64,000 nucleotides of DNA, taken from contig JBMONL010000035.1 of the NCBI GenBank assembly GCA_049324635.1, positions 20,584-84,583 on the forward strand. Direction: 5' to 3'. This document shows positions 55,206 through 64,000 of this stretch, piece by piece (position 1 is the first letter of the stretch; the number at the start of each line of letters is the position of its first letter). A model generated the notes under the pieces. That model searched no databases and had not been told where the DNA came from. It saw only the letters and a program-made list of their open reading frames with translations. The DNA is from Verrucomicrobiota bacterium. GTDB lineage: Bacteria > Verrucomicrobiota > Verrucomicrobiia > Methylacidiphilales > Verrucolacustridaceae. The translations under genes and the position numbers were made by a program.

Positions 55206-57476
55206 ATGCCATTGATCATAGGTATTGGATTGTTGTTTTTCGCGTTGTCGCCGGCGTTGGCTCAACAGGAAAATACGGCGGAGGTAACGCTCACGGGATT
55301 GAGGCCGTCCGAAGAAGATTTATTCCAGCAAGCAGTCGAACAGCAACGTTGGGCAAAATACGCTTTGGCCATTCAATTATTCACAGACCTCTTGCGTTTT
55401 TATCCCGAAGGCAAAAACACTGAGGAAGCGATTTATTGCGTGGCGGAATCGTATCGCGCTTTGGGGCGATTCGACGACGCTTTTGCGGCGCTCAAGTTAA
55501 TGCGCGAAAAATTTCCGCAAGGCGTTTGGACGGAGCCGTCATGGCTTTTGGAGGGAGAAATTTTGGCCGCAGACCAAAAATGGGAAGCCTCCATGCAAGC
55601 TCTGAAAAAAGTTTTACCGTCTTCAAAAGCCGCTCTCCAAGTGCGCGCGCTTTATTTGATGATTTTGGCGAAAGATAATTTGGGAACTTTATCCAGCGCC
55701 CGGCCCGAGCTGGAAAAATTGTCGTCGATGGCCAAGGATAATCCGTTTTTGGATTTTGCAAAAATGAAAATGGGAGTTTTGGAAGCCGAAGCGGGGCATG
55801 CCGACGCGGCGTTGGCGCTTTTTAAAGAAACTTTGGGGCATACTAACGACGCTTTGTTGCGCGCCGAAGCCGCGGTGCGCGCGGGGAATTTGTCTTACGC
55901 ACAAAATCAATATAAGAAGGCGTTAGGATTTTACGAAGTAGTGCGTCATATCGATGCGCCGGATTTTTGGAAGGAATTGACGCATCTGGGTTTGTTGCAG
56001 ACAAATTTCAGTTTGGGCGATTACGAAGCCGTAGTCAAAATTTTCAATGAAGTGCGCCCTCAATTTCCTCCCAAGGCTCGGGCGCAGGTGTTTTTCTTGG
56101 CGGCGGAATCGTATCGCTTGCTCAAAAAAAATAAAGAAGCGTTGGAGACTTACGAATTTCTTCTGAAAGAATTTCCCGAATCGGAAACTGCGGAGCCTAG
56201 CGCGTGGGCGCGGTTGCTTTTGCTGGAAAAAGACCCGAGGCTTTTGGACGCTACCGCCGCCTTTATCGCGAAATACCCTCAATCGGAGCGCTTGCCTTAT
56301 GCACAACTCATGCGCGCCGACGCTTTTTTTGCCAAAGAACAATATGCCACGTGCGCGCCAATGTACGCTCTGGCGGCGGAACATTCTGCGATTCAAAAAC
56401 TCGATCCGTTGATTTATTCCATGATGTTATTTCGTTGGGGATATTCGGCGTATTTTTCCAAAAATTTCACCAAGGCGGCGGAAATCTTAAAAAAATTTCT
56501 AGAGCAAAAAGCGCAACATTTGCTGACCACGACCGCGTTGTGGCTTTTGAGTCAAAGCTTGCAGGCGACTCAAGAAAATGCCGAAGCGCAAAATGTTTTA
56601 GAAAAATTACTGCGGAAGGAAGAAGCATTTCCTCAGCGCGAGCAGGCTTTGTGGCAATCCTCCATGCTGGCGATCCACACAAAAGATTTCGCGCTCGCGC
56701 AAACGCGTTTGGAATCGTTATTGAAGCAATATCCCGAGACCGCGCATGTGGCCGAGGCGCATTATTGGCTCGCGCATGCCTTGTGCCAACAAAAATGCGA
56801 TGCGGATTCCGTCGCACATTGGCAAAAAGCGCGCGTACTCAAACCGGATGTGTATTCCGAATCCTCTTCGCAACAGCTCATTCGCGTTTTTTTGGAATCT
56901 AAAGATTTGACCAATCTCACGGAAGAAGTGCGGCGTTACGACGACTGGCGCGCGCGGCACGCGAACGCTTCGCCCGTGGCGCTCGATGTCATCGAATGGA
57001 TCGCGCAAAATTTGGCGCAGACCTTGCATCCCTCGCAGGCGGAAACTTATTTTCGACGCGTTTTGGCAGAAAGCGAAGACACTTCTCAGCGCCAGCGCGC
57101 GCAATTGGGGTTGGCCATGCTTTTGTCGAAAGTGCAAAATTGGGGCGGCGCGATTCGCGAATGGAAAATTTATCGCGTCAATTTTCCCACGGAAGCCAAT
57201 CGTAGCGCCATCTTGGAATATTTGGCGCAAGCCTATATCGGCGCGGCGGAATTTAACGAAGCTCAAACGCTCGCGGAACAAATCTTACAACAGAATCCCG
57301 AGGGAGAATTTAATGCGCGCGCCCGTATGCTTTTGGGCGAAATCGCTTTTGCCAAACATAACTACGACGAAGCCGCAAAAATCTTTTCCGCCGTGGCGCT
57401 CTTGATTCAACATCCTGAAATCACTCCGCGCGCGCAACAACGCGCCGCAGATGCGCAAAAAGCAGGCAAACGTTAA
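55206..57476 (+). CDS. Secreted TPR-repeat protein
   Basis: 756 aa with a signal peptide (SPALA-QQ) and many TPR-like A..Y/F..A..L..G repeats. Confidence 0.75.
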   Translation: MPLIIGIGLLFFALSPALAQQENTAEVTLTGLRPSEEDLFQQAVEQQRWAKYALAIQLFTDLLRFYPEGKNTEEAIYCVAESYRALGRFDDAFAALKLMREKFPQGVWTEPSWLLEGEILAADQKWEASMQALKKVLPSSKAALQVRALYLMILAKDNLGTLSSARPELEKLSSMAKDNPFLDFAKMKMGVLEAEAGHADAALALFKETLGHTNDALLRAEAAVRAGNLSYAQNQYKKALGFYEVVRHIDAPDFWKELTHLGLLQTNFSLGDYEAVVKIFNEVRPQFPPKARAQVFFLAAESYRLLKKNKEALETYEFLLKEFPESETAEPSAWARLLLLEKDPRLLDATAAFIAKYPQSERLPYAQLMRADAFFAKEQYATCAPMYALAAEHSAIQKLDPLIYSMMLFRWGYSAYFSKNFTKAAEILKKFLEQKAQHLLTTTALWLLSQSLQATQENAEAQNVLEKLLRKEEAFPQREQALWQSSMLAIHTKDFALAQTRLESLLKQYPETAHVAEAHYWLAHALCQQKCDADSVAHWQKARVLKPDVYSESSSQQLIRVFLESKDLTNLTEEVRRYDDWRARHANASPVALDVIEWIAQNLAQTLHPSQAETYFRRVLAESEDTSQRQRAQLGLAMLLSKVQNWGGAIREWKIYRVNFPTEANRSAILEYLAQAYIGAAEFNEAQTLAEQILQQNPEGEFNARARMLLGEIAFAKHNYDEAAKIFSAVALLIQHPEITPRAQQRAADAQKAGKR

Positions 57477-59125
57477 TCATGAATAGTCTCTACTTCAAAG
57501 GCGGTGAATTGAGCATTCTCAAATACTCTGCGAGTGTGCCCAAAATTTTTGAGCGATTCTTCAAAAGGTTGAGGACGTCGCGTGTGAAAAATAATCAAAA
57601 AAGATTTTCCTCCCATTTCCGGAGCCAGTGTGCCGTCTTGAAAAAATGCTACGAGTTCTCGAGTGCGCTGATCAACATTAGGCGAGGTGTAAGTGTGTGC
57701 TTTCCATGAACGATAAGGGGTATAAGCGGTGGTATAATAGGTGATGCGGTCGTCTTCGCAGATAAGAATCTCCCCGTTGGAAGAACGTTGCGCCAGCCAA
57801 TCGATCAGTTGTTTTTCCGTGGGCATCCAAAAAAAACCGTGTACTTCGTAAGAACTTGCGGAAGAAAGCACCATCGCGCGAAATGAATTCAGAGAAATCC
57901 AAAGCAGGTTATCCGATAAGAATAGCACAGAAAAAGGAATCCATAAAAATTTTTGCCACGATGTATGTTTGTGAAAATAGTTTAATAAAGCCACAAGAGA
58001 TTCCGCGCCCAAGAGAAAAAGCGAACTCCATATATACCCGCGCGCAAAATGAATCGGTTGATGCGGCGCAACGAAAAGTTCATGTTTGGCCAACGCAAAA
58101 GAAACTAAAAACCAGATGAAGAAAAGTCGGTTGTGCGTTTTTTGAAAAAATGTTTGCGCCAATTTGATGTTGCGAACGGAATAAAAAGCCAAACTTCCAA
58201 CCAAAATATATGCCGGAATGAATGCTTTGGCCTCAAGTAGCCAATCCAGTGTCCATTGCCGGTAAATCGCGCGATGTTCTTCGAATTGATTGAGAAAAAA
58301 TAAATAGTAAAAAAGATGCGCCGCTAGCAGACATGCAAGAAATGTTACATAATAAGAAGAGACAATCCGACGTTTGACGACAAGGCGTTCCATGATTCCC
58401 CAAGCAAATAAAATACAAATCAATTGCAGTCCGCTGAATGGTTGACTCATGGATAAGAGAGTGGTGGTCGCCGCCGACCACCAAATTTTATTGCGAAGGA
58501 TCAATAGAATCGTTCCAAAAAATAATAAGTGATAATAGGCTTCCGTCGGGAAGATTAAATTTCTTCCCAAATTCAAAAACCACCATCCTAGGGCGGGTTC
58601 GTGCTCAAAAATCTTCCCCCACGCTTCGGCGAAAGTCTGCCCTATGAAAATATTTTGAAAAAAACCGCAAATCGCCAGTAATCCGCCGCCCCATATAAAA
58701 AGAAGGAAACCCAGATTTTGAGCAAAAGAGCCAAAGCCAATGATTTTTTCATATAGAGCGATATAGATGCGCACACAAACTACCGCGCTGACAAACCCAA
58801 ATAAAAGATAAGTTGTTCCCGGAGCAAAAGGCAGAAATTGATGCAAAATGCCCAATAAAAAAATATGAGGCTGAAAATATATATGCGGCGCATCGGCGTC
58901 GACGCTAAAGGGATTGTTATAAAAAAGATGGAATCCTTCGTCAAAATGCTGACGTCCAAAGGCCATGTAAGAGAGTTGATCGTATTGAATGAAGCCGGTG
59001 GAATAAAATCCTAATTTAGTTGGAATATAAAAATGCGCAAAATAAAACAAAAAAATCGGTAGCAAACATGCGATGCTCCATAGCCACCGCTTCCATTCCG
59101 GATGGATATCTTTAAGTCGGATCAT
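57473..59125 (-). CDS. Large polytopic membrane protein (possibly GT-C-like glycosyltransferase)
   Basis: 550 aa with more than 10 hydrophobic segments and low GC. The function is not supported beyond topology. Confidence 0.6.
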   Translation of the reverse strand: MIRLKDIHPEWKRWLWSIACLLPIFLFYFAHFYIPTKLGFYSTGFIQYDQLSYMAFGRQHFDEGFHLFYNNPFSVDADAPHIYFQPHIFLLGILHQFLPFAPGTTYLLFGFVSAVVCVRIYIALYEKIIGFGSFAQNLGFLLFIWGGGLLAICGFFQNIFIGQTFAEAWGKIFEHEPALGWWFLNLGRNLIFPTEAYYHLLFFGTILLILRNKIWWSAATTTLLSMSQPFSGLQLICILFAWGIMERLVVKRRIVSSYYVTFLACLLAAHLFYYLFFLNQFEEHRAIYRQWTLDWLLEAKAFIPAYILVGSLAFYSVRNIKLAQTFFQKTHNRLFFIWFLVSFALAKHELFVAPHQPIHFARGYIWSSLFLLGAESLVALLNYFHKHTSWQKFLWIPFSVLFLSDNLLWISLNSFRAMVLSSASSYEVHGFFWMPTEKQLIDWLAQRSSNGEILICEDDRITYYTTAYTPYRSWKAHTYTSPNVDQRTRELVAFFQDGTLAPEMGGKSFLIIFHTRRPQPFEESLKNFGHTRRVFENAQFTAFEVETIHD

Positions 59126-59196
59126 AGATATTTTTTAGAGGGATGATTGACAGAACGTTGAGTTTGAATATATAACAATAAAAAGGTTTTTATCAA

Positions 59197-59376
59197 ATGA
59201 ATCAATTGCTCAGAGCAGGAATGGTGTTCGCATTAGTGTGGTCGGGGATTTCGGCATTTCGCGCGGCGCTGAATCGTATCGAAGAAGAAGAATTGGCTCG
59301 TCACGGGGCAGGGGAATCCGATTATCAGCGTCAGCACGTCGAAAAATCCAAAAAAATCGCCGCACAAGGCGATTGA
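59197..59376 (+). CDS. Possible small membrane protein (59 aa)
   Basis: Hand-translated: MNQLLRAGMVFALVWSGISAFRAALNRIEEEELARHGAGESDYQRQHVEKSKKIAAQGD. It ends 5 nt before the next gene. Confidence 0.3.
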   Translation: MNQLLRAGMVFALVWSGISAFRAALNRIEEEELARHGAGESDYQRQHVEKSKKIAAQGD

Positions 59377-59381
59377 AGCTT

Positions 59382-59810
59382 ATGCGTATCGGCGTTTTGG
59401 CCGATAGTCACGACCATTTGCCGAAAAAGGTCGCGGAGGCTTTTGCCGATGTCGATGAAATATGGCATTTGGGCGATGTTTGCTCGTCGGCGATTTTAGC
59501 CCACTTTGACAACATACCTGTTTTGGTTGTACGCGGGAATTGCGATTCCGAGGCGTGGCCTCTAAGTTTAAAGCTCGAACGAGAGGGAATGCGTTTTTTG
59601 CTCATGCATGTCGAACCGATGGAAATTCCGGAAGATGTGAATGTGATTTTGCACGGTCATACACATGTGCCTCGGGACGAAACAATTCAAGGTGTCAGAA
59701 TTCTTAATCCCGGCGCAGTCTCCAAGCCGAGACATGGAACAACTTCAAGTGTGGCTTTGCTCGAAATTGAGAATGGCACAGTCAAGCATTGGCATTCGAT
59801 TAAACTTTAA
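59382..59810 (+). CDS. YfcE/MJ0936-family metallophosphoesterase
   Basis: MRIGVLADSHDH, HLGD, GNCD and GHTHVP motifs are present. The track ORF start at 59238 is an upstream extension. Confidence 0.85.
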   Translation: MRIGVLADSHDHLPKKVAEAFADVDEIWHLGDVCSSAILAHFDNIPVLVVRGNCDSEAWPLSLKLEREGMRFLLMHVEPMEIPEDVNVILHGHTHVPRDETIQGVRILNPGAVSKPRHGTTSSVALLEIENGTVKHWHSIKL

Positions 59811-59943
59811 TGCGTGATTTTTTATCGAGATGCCTTATAAGAAGAATCTGACTTTAAAATCGTATTTTTTCCGACGAATTCAAGATCGAGAAACTTAGTA
59901 ATCTGCTTCGGCTTAATGAGAATAAAAAACAAGGAGAGCGCTT

Positions 59944-62001
59944 ATGAACTTGTGGCAAAATGCAAATTTGAAGAAAAAAATGATTCTTAGTTTTATTGGT
60001 GTTGCGGTCATTACACTGATTGTTGGGATTGTAGGTTTTGTAAACAGTTCAAGATTGGGAGGGCGTGTTGTAGAGGTTGGAGAAGTTCATCTGCCAGGGA
60101 TGGAACAGTTATTAACAATGGAAAGTTCTTTAGAATCTTTACGGGTCGCGCAACGTACGCTTCTGAATCCGGCGCTGAATGCAAAAGATCGAAACCGTCA
60201 ATGGTCTAACATTGAGAAATGTAAAAAACAACGCAACGAGGTGGAGGCGGCTTACGAAAAATTTATTCAATCAGACATCGAAAAAGAAAAATGGGAAAAA
60301 TTTAAAAGCGGGTTAGCGCAGTGGAAGAACAAGAATGAAGAGTTTTTTGCATCGGCGAAGGAGTTGGAAAAACTCGGCATATTGAATCCTCAGGAATTAT
60401 TGAGAAATGTAGAGGGCTTTAGAGGCGATCATTATGCCGCCATGGTCAAGGCTGTTCAGCAGATTAATGGTGGTAAAACTTATACAGGCGGAACCGATGC
60501 CGCTTTGTGTCAATATGGAAAATGGACGAGCGCTCCAGATACCACAAATCCGGTAATTCATCAGGTGATTCAAGACGCCAAAAAAGCGCACGAAAATTTT
60601 CATGCGTCTGTTGAAAAAATTCAGAGGCATTTGAGTCAAGGAGCCAAGCAGGATGCGGAAAAGGTTTTTAGAGAAAATATGCTCTCCGAGGGAGAAGAAG
60701 TGATGGGATCGTTTGGTAAGATTATTGGAGAGGCCGAACGCGCGGCAGATTTGTATTCAAAGATGATTCAACTGGCCATGGTGGATTGCGTAGAAAAACA
60801 AAAAGTGGCTTTGGAATCCTTACAGGATTTGATTCAATATAAAAAAAACTTGGCTGGTTCTGCACTGCATTCAGCGGCGACCGATGCAGTCGCCAGCAAA
60901 AGTATTTCGATGGGAGGAATGATCGTAGGAACAGGATTAGCACTTCTCATGGGAATTATGTTTGGGAATTCAATCAGTCGAAAATTGAAATCCATTTCAG
61001 ATCGGCTTGTGGCAGGAGCGGCCCAAGCGGCCACGGCTTCGGGGCAAGTATCTTCAGCTAGTCAATCCTTGGCAGAAGGCGCAAGCGAGCAAGCGGCTTC
61101 ACTCGAAGAAACAAGTTCTTCGCTTGAAGAGATGTCGGGCATGACCAAGAGAAATTCGGACAATGCTCAAGCGGCTAAAGATTTGGCGAGCGAAGCTAAA
61201 TTAGCCGCAAATGAAGGAACTTCAGATATGGAATTAATGATTTCAGCCATGGAGGAAATCAAAAGTTCCAGCGATGACGTTTCAAAGATTATTAAAACCA
61301 TCGATGAAATTGCCTTTCAGACCAATATCTTGGCTCTTAATGCGGCGGTCGAAGCCGCGCGCGCCGGCGAAGCCGGAATGGGATTTGCCGTAGTGGCCGA
61401 TGAAGTTCGCGCGCTTGCACAACGTAGCGCTTCTGCGGCGAAAGAAACGGCGGAAAAAATTCAAGACGCAGTTTTCAAAAGCGAGCAAGGCGTGCAAATT
61501 AGTGCAAAAGTCAAAGAGAGTTTTCAAGGTATCACTGAAAAAGTGAGGAAAGTCGATGAACTTGTCGCCGAAATTTCTTTAGCTTCCCAAGAACAAAACC
61601 AAGGGATCGGTCAGATCAATACGGCTATTAATCAAATGGATAAGGTCACCCAAAGCAACGCCGCCAATGCCGAAGAAACAGCCAGCGCCGCAGAAGAATT
61701 AAGCGCTCAAGCCGAAGAACTCAAAATGACCGTTGAAGATCTTTTGCAAATGATTGAAGGCGCTCATCATCATGGAAAAATTTCTAACGGTTTTTTGAGC
61801 GCAATGAAACGGCCGATTTTACAGCGTGCGGCCACGAAAAAGACCGCCTCCACGCAAAAAGAGGTTCCTACCGTTGCTACTTCAATCAAGACCTCTCGAG
61901 AAACGCCTCTTCTTACAGCAAGTAGCGCTTCACAAAAGTTAGAAATCAAACGTCGCGCTAAAGAATTCATTCCCATGGAGAGTGATTTTAAGGATTTTTA
62001 A
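59944..62001 (+). CDS. Methyl-accepting chemotaxis protein with large N-terminal sensor region containing a CZB-like motif
   Basis: 685 aa with two TM helices and the signalling hairpin [43 protein letters not shown]. The C-terminus is ...[10 protein letters not shown]. Confidence 0.92.
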   Translation: MNLWQNANLKKKMILSFIGVAVITLIVGIVGFVNSSRLGGRVVEVGEVHLPGMEQLLTMESSLESLRVAQRTLLNPALNAKDRNRQWSNIEKCKKQRNEVEAAYEKFIQSDIEKEKWEKFKSGLAQWKNKNEEFFASAKELEKLGILNPQELLRNVEGFRGDHYAAMVKAVQQINGGKTYTGGTDAALCQYGKWTSAPDTTNPVIHQVIQDAKKAHENFHASVEKIQRHLSQGAKQDAEKVFRENMLSEGEEVMGSFGKIIGEAERAADLYSKMIQLAMVDCVEKQKVALESLQDLIQYKKNLAGSALHSAATDAVASKSISMGGMIVGTGLALLMGIMFGNSISRKLKSISDRLVAGAAQAATASGQVSSASQSLAEGASEQAASLEETSSSLEEMSGMTKRNSDNAQAAKDLASEAKLAANEGTSDMELMISAMEEIKSSSDDVSKIIKTIDEIAFQTNILALNAAVEAARAGEAGMGFAVVADEVRALAQRSASAAKETAEKIQDAVFKSEQGVQISAKVKESFQGITEKVRKVDELVAEISLASQEQNQGIGQINTAINQMDKVTQSNAANAEETASAAEELSAQAEELKMTVEDLLQMIEGAHHHGKISNGFLSAMKRPILQRAATKKTASTQKEVPTVATSIKTSRETPLLTASSASQKLEIKRRAKEFIPMESDFKDF

Positions 62002-62209
62002 AACACAGATCATGTAGATTGTGATGCATTGCGCGGGTCAATAACTCGCGCAGATGTCGGGAGCTATTTTTAAGAAAAAATGTGTTTACTCTGGACATTA
62101 TAGAAATCTGTTCTAAAGGTTTCATTGGTATGATTTGATGAAAATTCGACATTGGATGAGGTTGGCCCCTTATCGGTGATGCTGAGTTTATCATTAAAAA
62201 CCGGAAGTC

Positions 62210-63856
62210 ATGCTTATGAATATTCGTCATTGGAGCTTAGCCAAAAAAATCGGCGCTAGTTTTGCTCTTATTATTATCTTTCAACTCATCGATGTGTGCG
62301 TGAATTTTTATGACACGCATGTCTTAATCAGTCTTTCAGAACAAGTCGATACAGTGAACAGAGTGTTGACTTCATGGGCGAATGTTCGCCGTCATGAGAA
62401 GAATTATATCTTTCGTAAAGACAACCAATATCTTGATAAAATCAAAGAGAATATCGAAATATCTCGCAAAGAAGTCGCATATCTCCAGCCCTTGCTAGCG
62501 CAACGCGATCATCAAGAGCGTCTGGCGGATTTTTTAAGCGCGGTCAATGAATATGAACAAGCATGGGATCCTTATGTTGAATTGGAAAAACGGCGAATCT
62601 TGGGCGAGGTCGGATTGGATGATGAAATTAATAAATTGCTAGGAGAAAACGAAAAATTGGTGCAGTTTGCGCGCAAAGCAGAATCGGAAATGATAAAAAT
62701 TAAGCACGCGGTCTTGGATCAACGCGATGCGCAAGAAGTTTATAATCAAAATATTTTATTGGTCGAGGGAGGCATAGGAATGGCTTTTGGGGCATTATTA
62801 GCATTCTTTTTGTCCACTTCGATTTCGAAATCTATTCGTCACGTGGCTGAGCAATTGGAATCAGGGTCTGAGCAAACAGCTTCGGCATCCGGCGAAGTCT
62901 CCACCGCAAGCCAATCGCTCGCCGAAGGCGCAAGCGAACAGGCCGCTTCCTTGCAACAAACCAGTTCTTCTCTCGAAGAAATGTCCAGCATGACGCGCCA
63001 CAATGCGGAACATGCTCAACGCGCTAAGGAATTAGCGGATGCCACTCGTATGGCGGCTGATTCTGGGGCGTCCGAGATGGAAGGCATGAAGCAAGCCATG
63101 AACGAAATCAAAAGTTCCAGCGATGACATTTCAAAGATTATTAAAACCATCGATGAAATTGCCTTTCAGACCAATATCTTGGCTCTTAATGCGGCGGTCG
63201 AAGCCGCGCGCGCCGGCGAAGCCGGAATGGGATTTGCCGTAGTGGCCGATGAAGTTCGCGCGCTTGCACAACGTAGCGCTTCTGCGGCGAAAGAAACGGC
63301 GGAAAAAATTCAAGATGCGGTTTCCAAAAGTGAGCAAGGCGTGCAGATCAGCGCGCGCGTAGGACAAAGCTTACAAGAAATTGTCGAAAAAGCCCGCCAA
63401 GTAGACGAACTTGTCGCAGAAATTGCCAGTGCTTCCAAAGAACAAAATCAAGGCATTACTCAAATTAATATGGCAGTGAGTCAAATGGATAAAGTCACTC
63501 AAGACAATGCCGCCAATGCCGAAGAAACAGCCAGTGCCGCAGAAGAATTAAATTCGCAGGCCGCAGAATTAAAATCTTTGGTGTATTCTTTAATGGCGGT
63601 TGTTGCGGGTGAAAACGATCAAAAAACTGATGTGTTTGCAAAAACGTTGCGTTCGGAGACTGCCCCTATCGAAAAGAAAGAACCTTCCCCTCTGATTAAG
63701 CCGTTGTCTAAAGAAAAGAAAACGGTCGCCGCATCGTTGCCGACGCTTACATCCGGTCAACCTGCCGGCAAAACCTTGACGGTGCCGTCCAAAGCGGAAC
63801 GCGTGCGCCGCGCAAGAGAAGTGATTCCCATGGAAGACGATTTTCAGGATTTTTAG
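62210..63856 (+). CDS. Methyl-accepting chemotaxis protein (short 4-helix-bundle-type sensor)
   Basis: 548 aa with the same signalling hairpin. The C-terminus is ...[10 protein letters not shown]. Confidence 0.92.
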   Translation: MLMNIRHWSLAKKIGASFALIIIFQLIDVCVNFYDTHVLISLSEQVDTVNRVLTSWANVRRHEKNYIFRKDNQYLDKIKENIEISRKEVAYLQPLLAQRDHQERLADFLSAVNEYEQAWDPYVELEKRRILGEVGLDDEINKLLGENEKLVQFARKAESEMIKIKHAVLDQRDAQEVYNQNILLVEGGIGMAFGALLAFFLSTSISKSIRHVAEQLESGSEQTASASGEVSTASQSLAEGASEQAASLQQTSSSLEEMSSMTRHNAEHAQRAKELADATRMAADSGASEMEGMKQAMNEIKSSSDDISKIIKTIDEIAFQTNILALNAAVEAARAGEAGMGFAVVADEVRALAQRSASAAKETAEKIQDAVSKSEQGVQISARVGQSLQEIVEKARQVDELVAEIASASKEQNQGITQINMAVSQMDKVTQDNAANAEETASAAEELNSQAAELKSLVYSLMAVVAGENDQKTDVFAKTLRSETAPIEKKEPSPLIKPLSKEKKTVAASLPTLTSGQPAGKTLTVPSKAERVRRAREVIPMEDDFQDF

Positions 63857-64000
63857 CTCTCACTGCCCGCTAAATAGTGTCGTGACGACACTTCCTTACA
63901 TAGTTTGCTGTAAAAAATTTCGCTTTTCATTTTTTCTGGCGCATTCGGCGGGAGCTTGGTAAGAAAACACTGTGTTTGAAATTATTTTTAAGCCGATCAG

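Overview
This 64-kb window comes from a diderm bacterium. The taxon cannot be assigned from the sequence alone. Coding regions are mostly about 50-60% GC, with several clearly AT-rich patches. I support about 60 protein genes, 4 tRNAs (Gly-CCC, Pro-CGG, Tyr-GTA, Leu-TAG), no rRNA, no CRISPR array, and no transposase or integrase. Housekeeping genes include mpl, gatCA, cysK, DAHP synthase, maf, rlmH, dnaK, groES-groEL, asd, a PiT/DUF47 pair and 5-formyl-THF cyclo-ligase. A metal-efflux cluster sits at the left edge: an rcnA-like gene, a small beta-barrel gene, cusB and cusA. Signalling content is heavy: two histidine kinases, two sigma-54-dependent NtrC-type regulators, an ECF sigma / anti-sigma / Spy-like operon, a cheD-HDOD pair, a second HDOD gene, and two MCPs at the right edge. 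Other operons are a TetR-OMF-RND set with no adaptor gene and a vapBC pair. The best candidate for something new is a low-GC islet (about 28.2-30.5 kb) between tRNA-Pro and dnaK. It encodes a 128-aa stand-alone protein that I can align by hand to the catalytic domain of colicin M. A convergent multi-pass membrane protein next to it has the geometry expected of an immunity gene, and an orphan 290-aa protein lies upstream. Other points worth a second look:
- a secreted protein with 11 EF-hand loops and an internal 5-EF module duplication, divergent from the ECF operon, which has two tandem ECF-type promoter motifs;
- tandem paralogous membrane proteins of unknown family;
- a family of long palindromic intergenic elements (2 copies);
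- a 365-bp MITE-like element with perfect 23-bp terminal inverted repeats;
- three intergenic regions packed with short hairpin repeats;
- a 187-nt perfect-identity (gene-conversion-like) tract shared by the two MCP genes.
All similarity statements come from reading the translations and from remembered family motifs. No database search was run.
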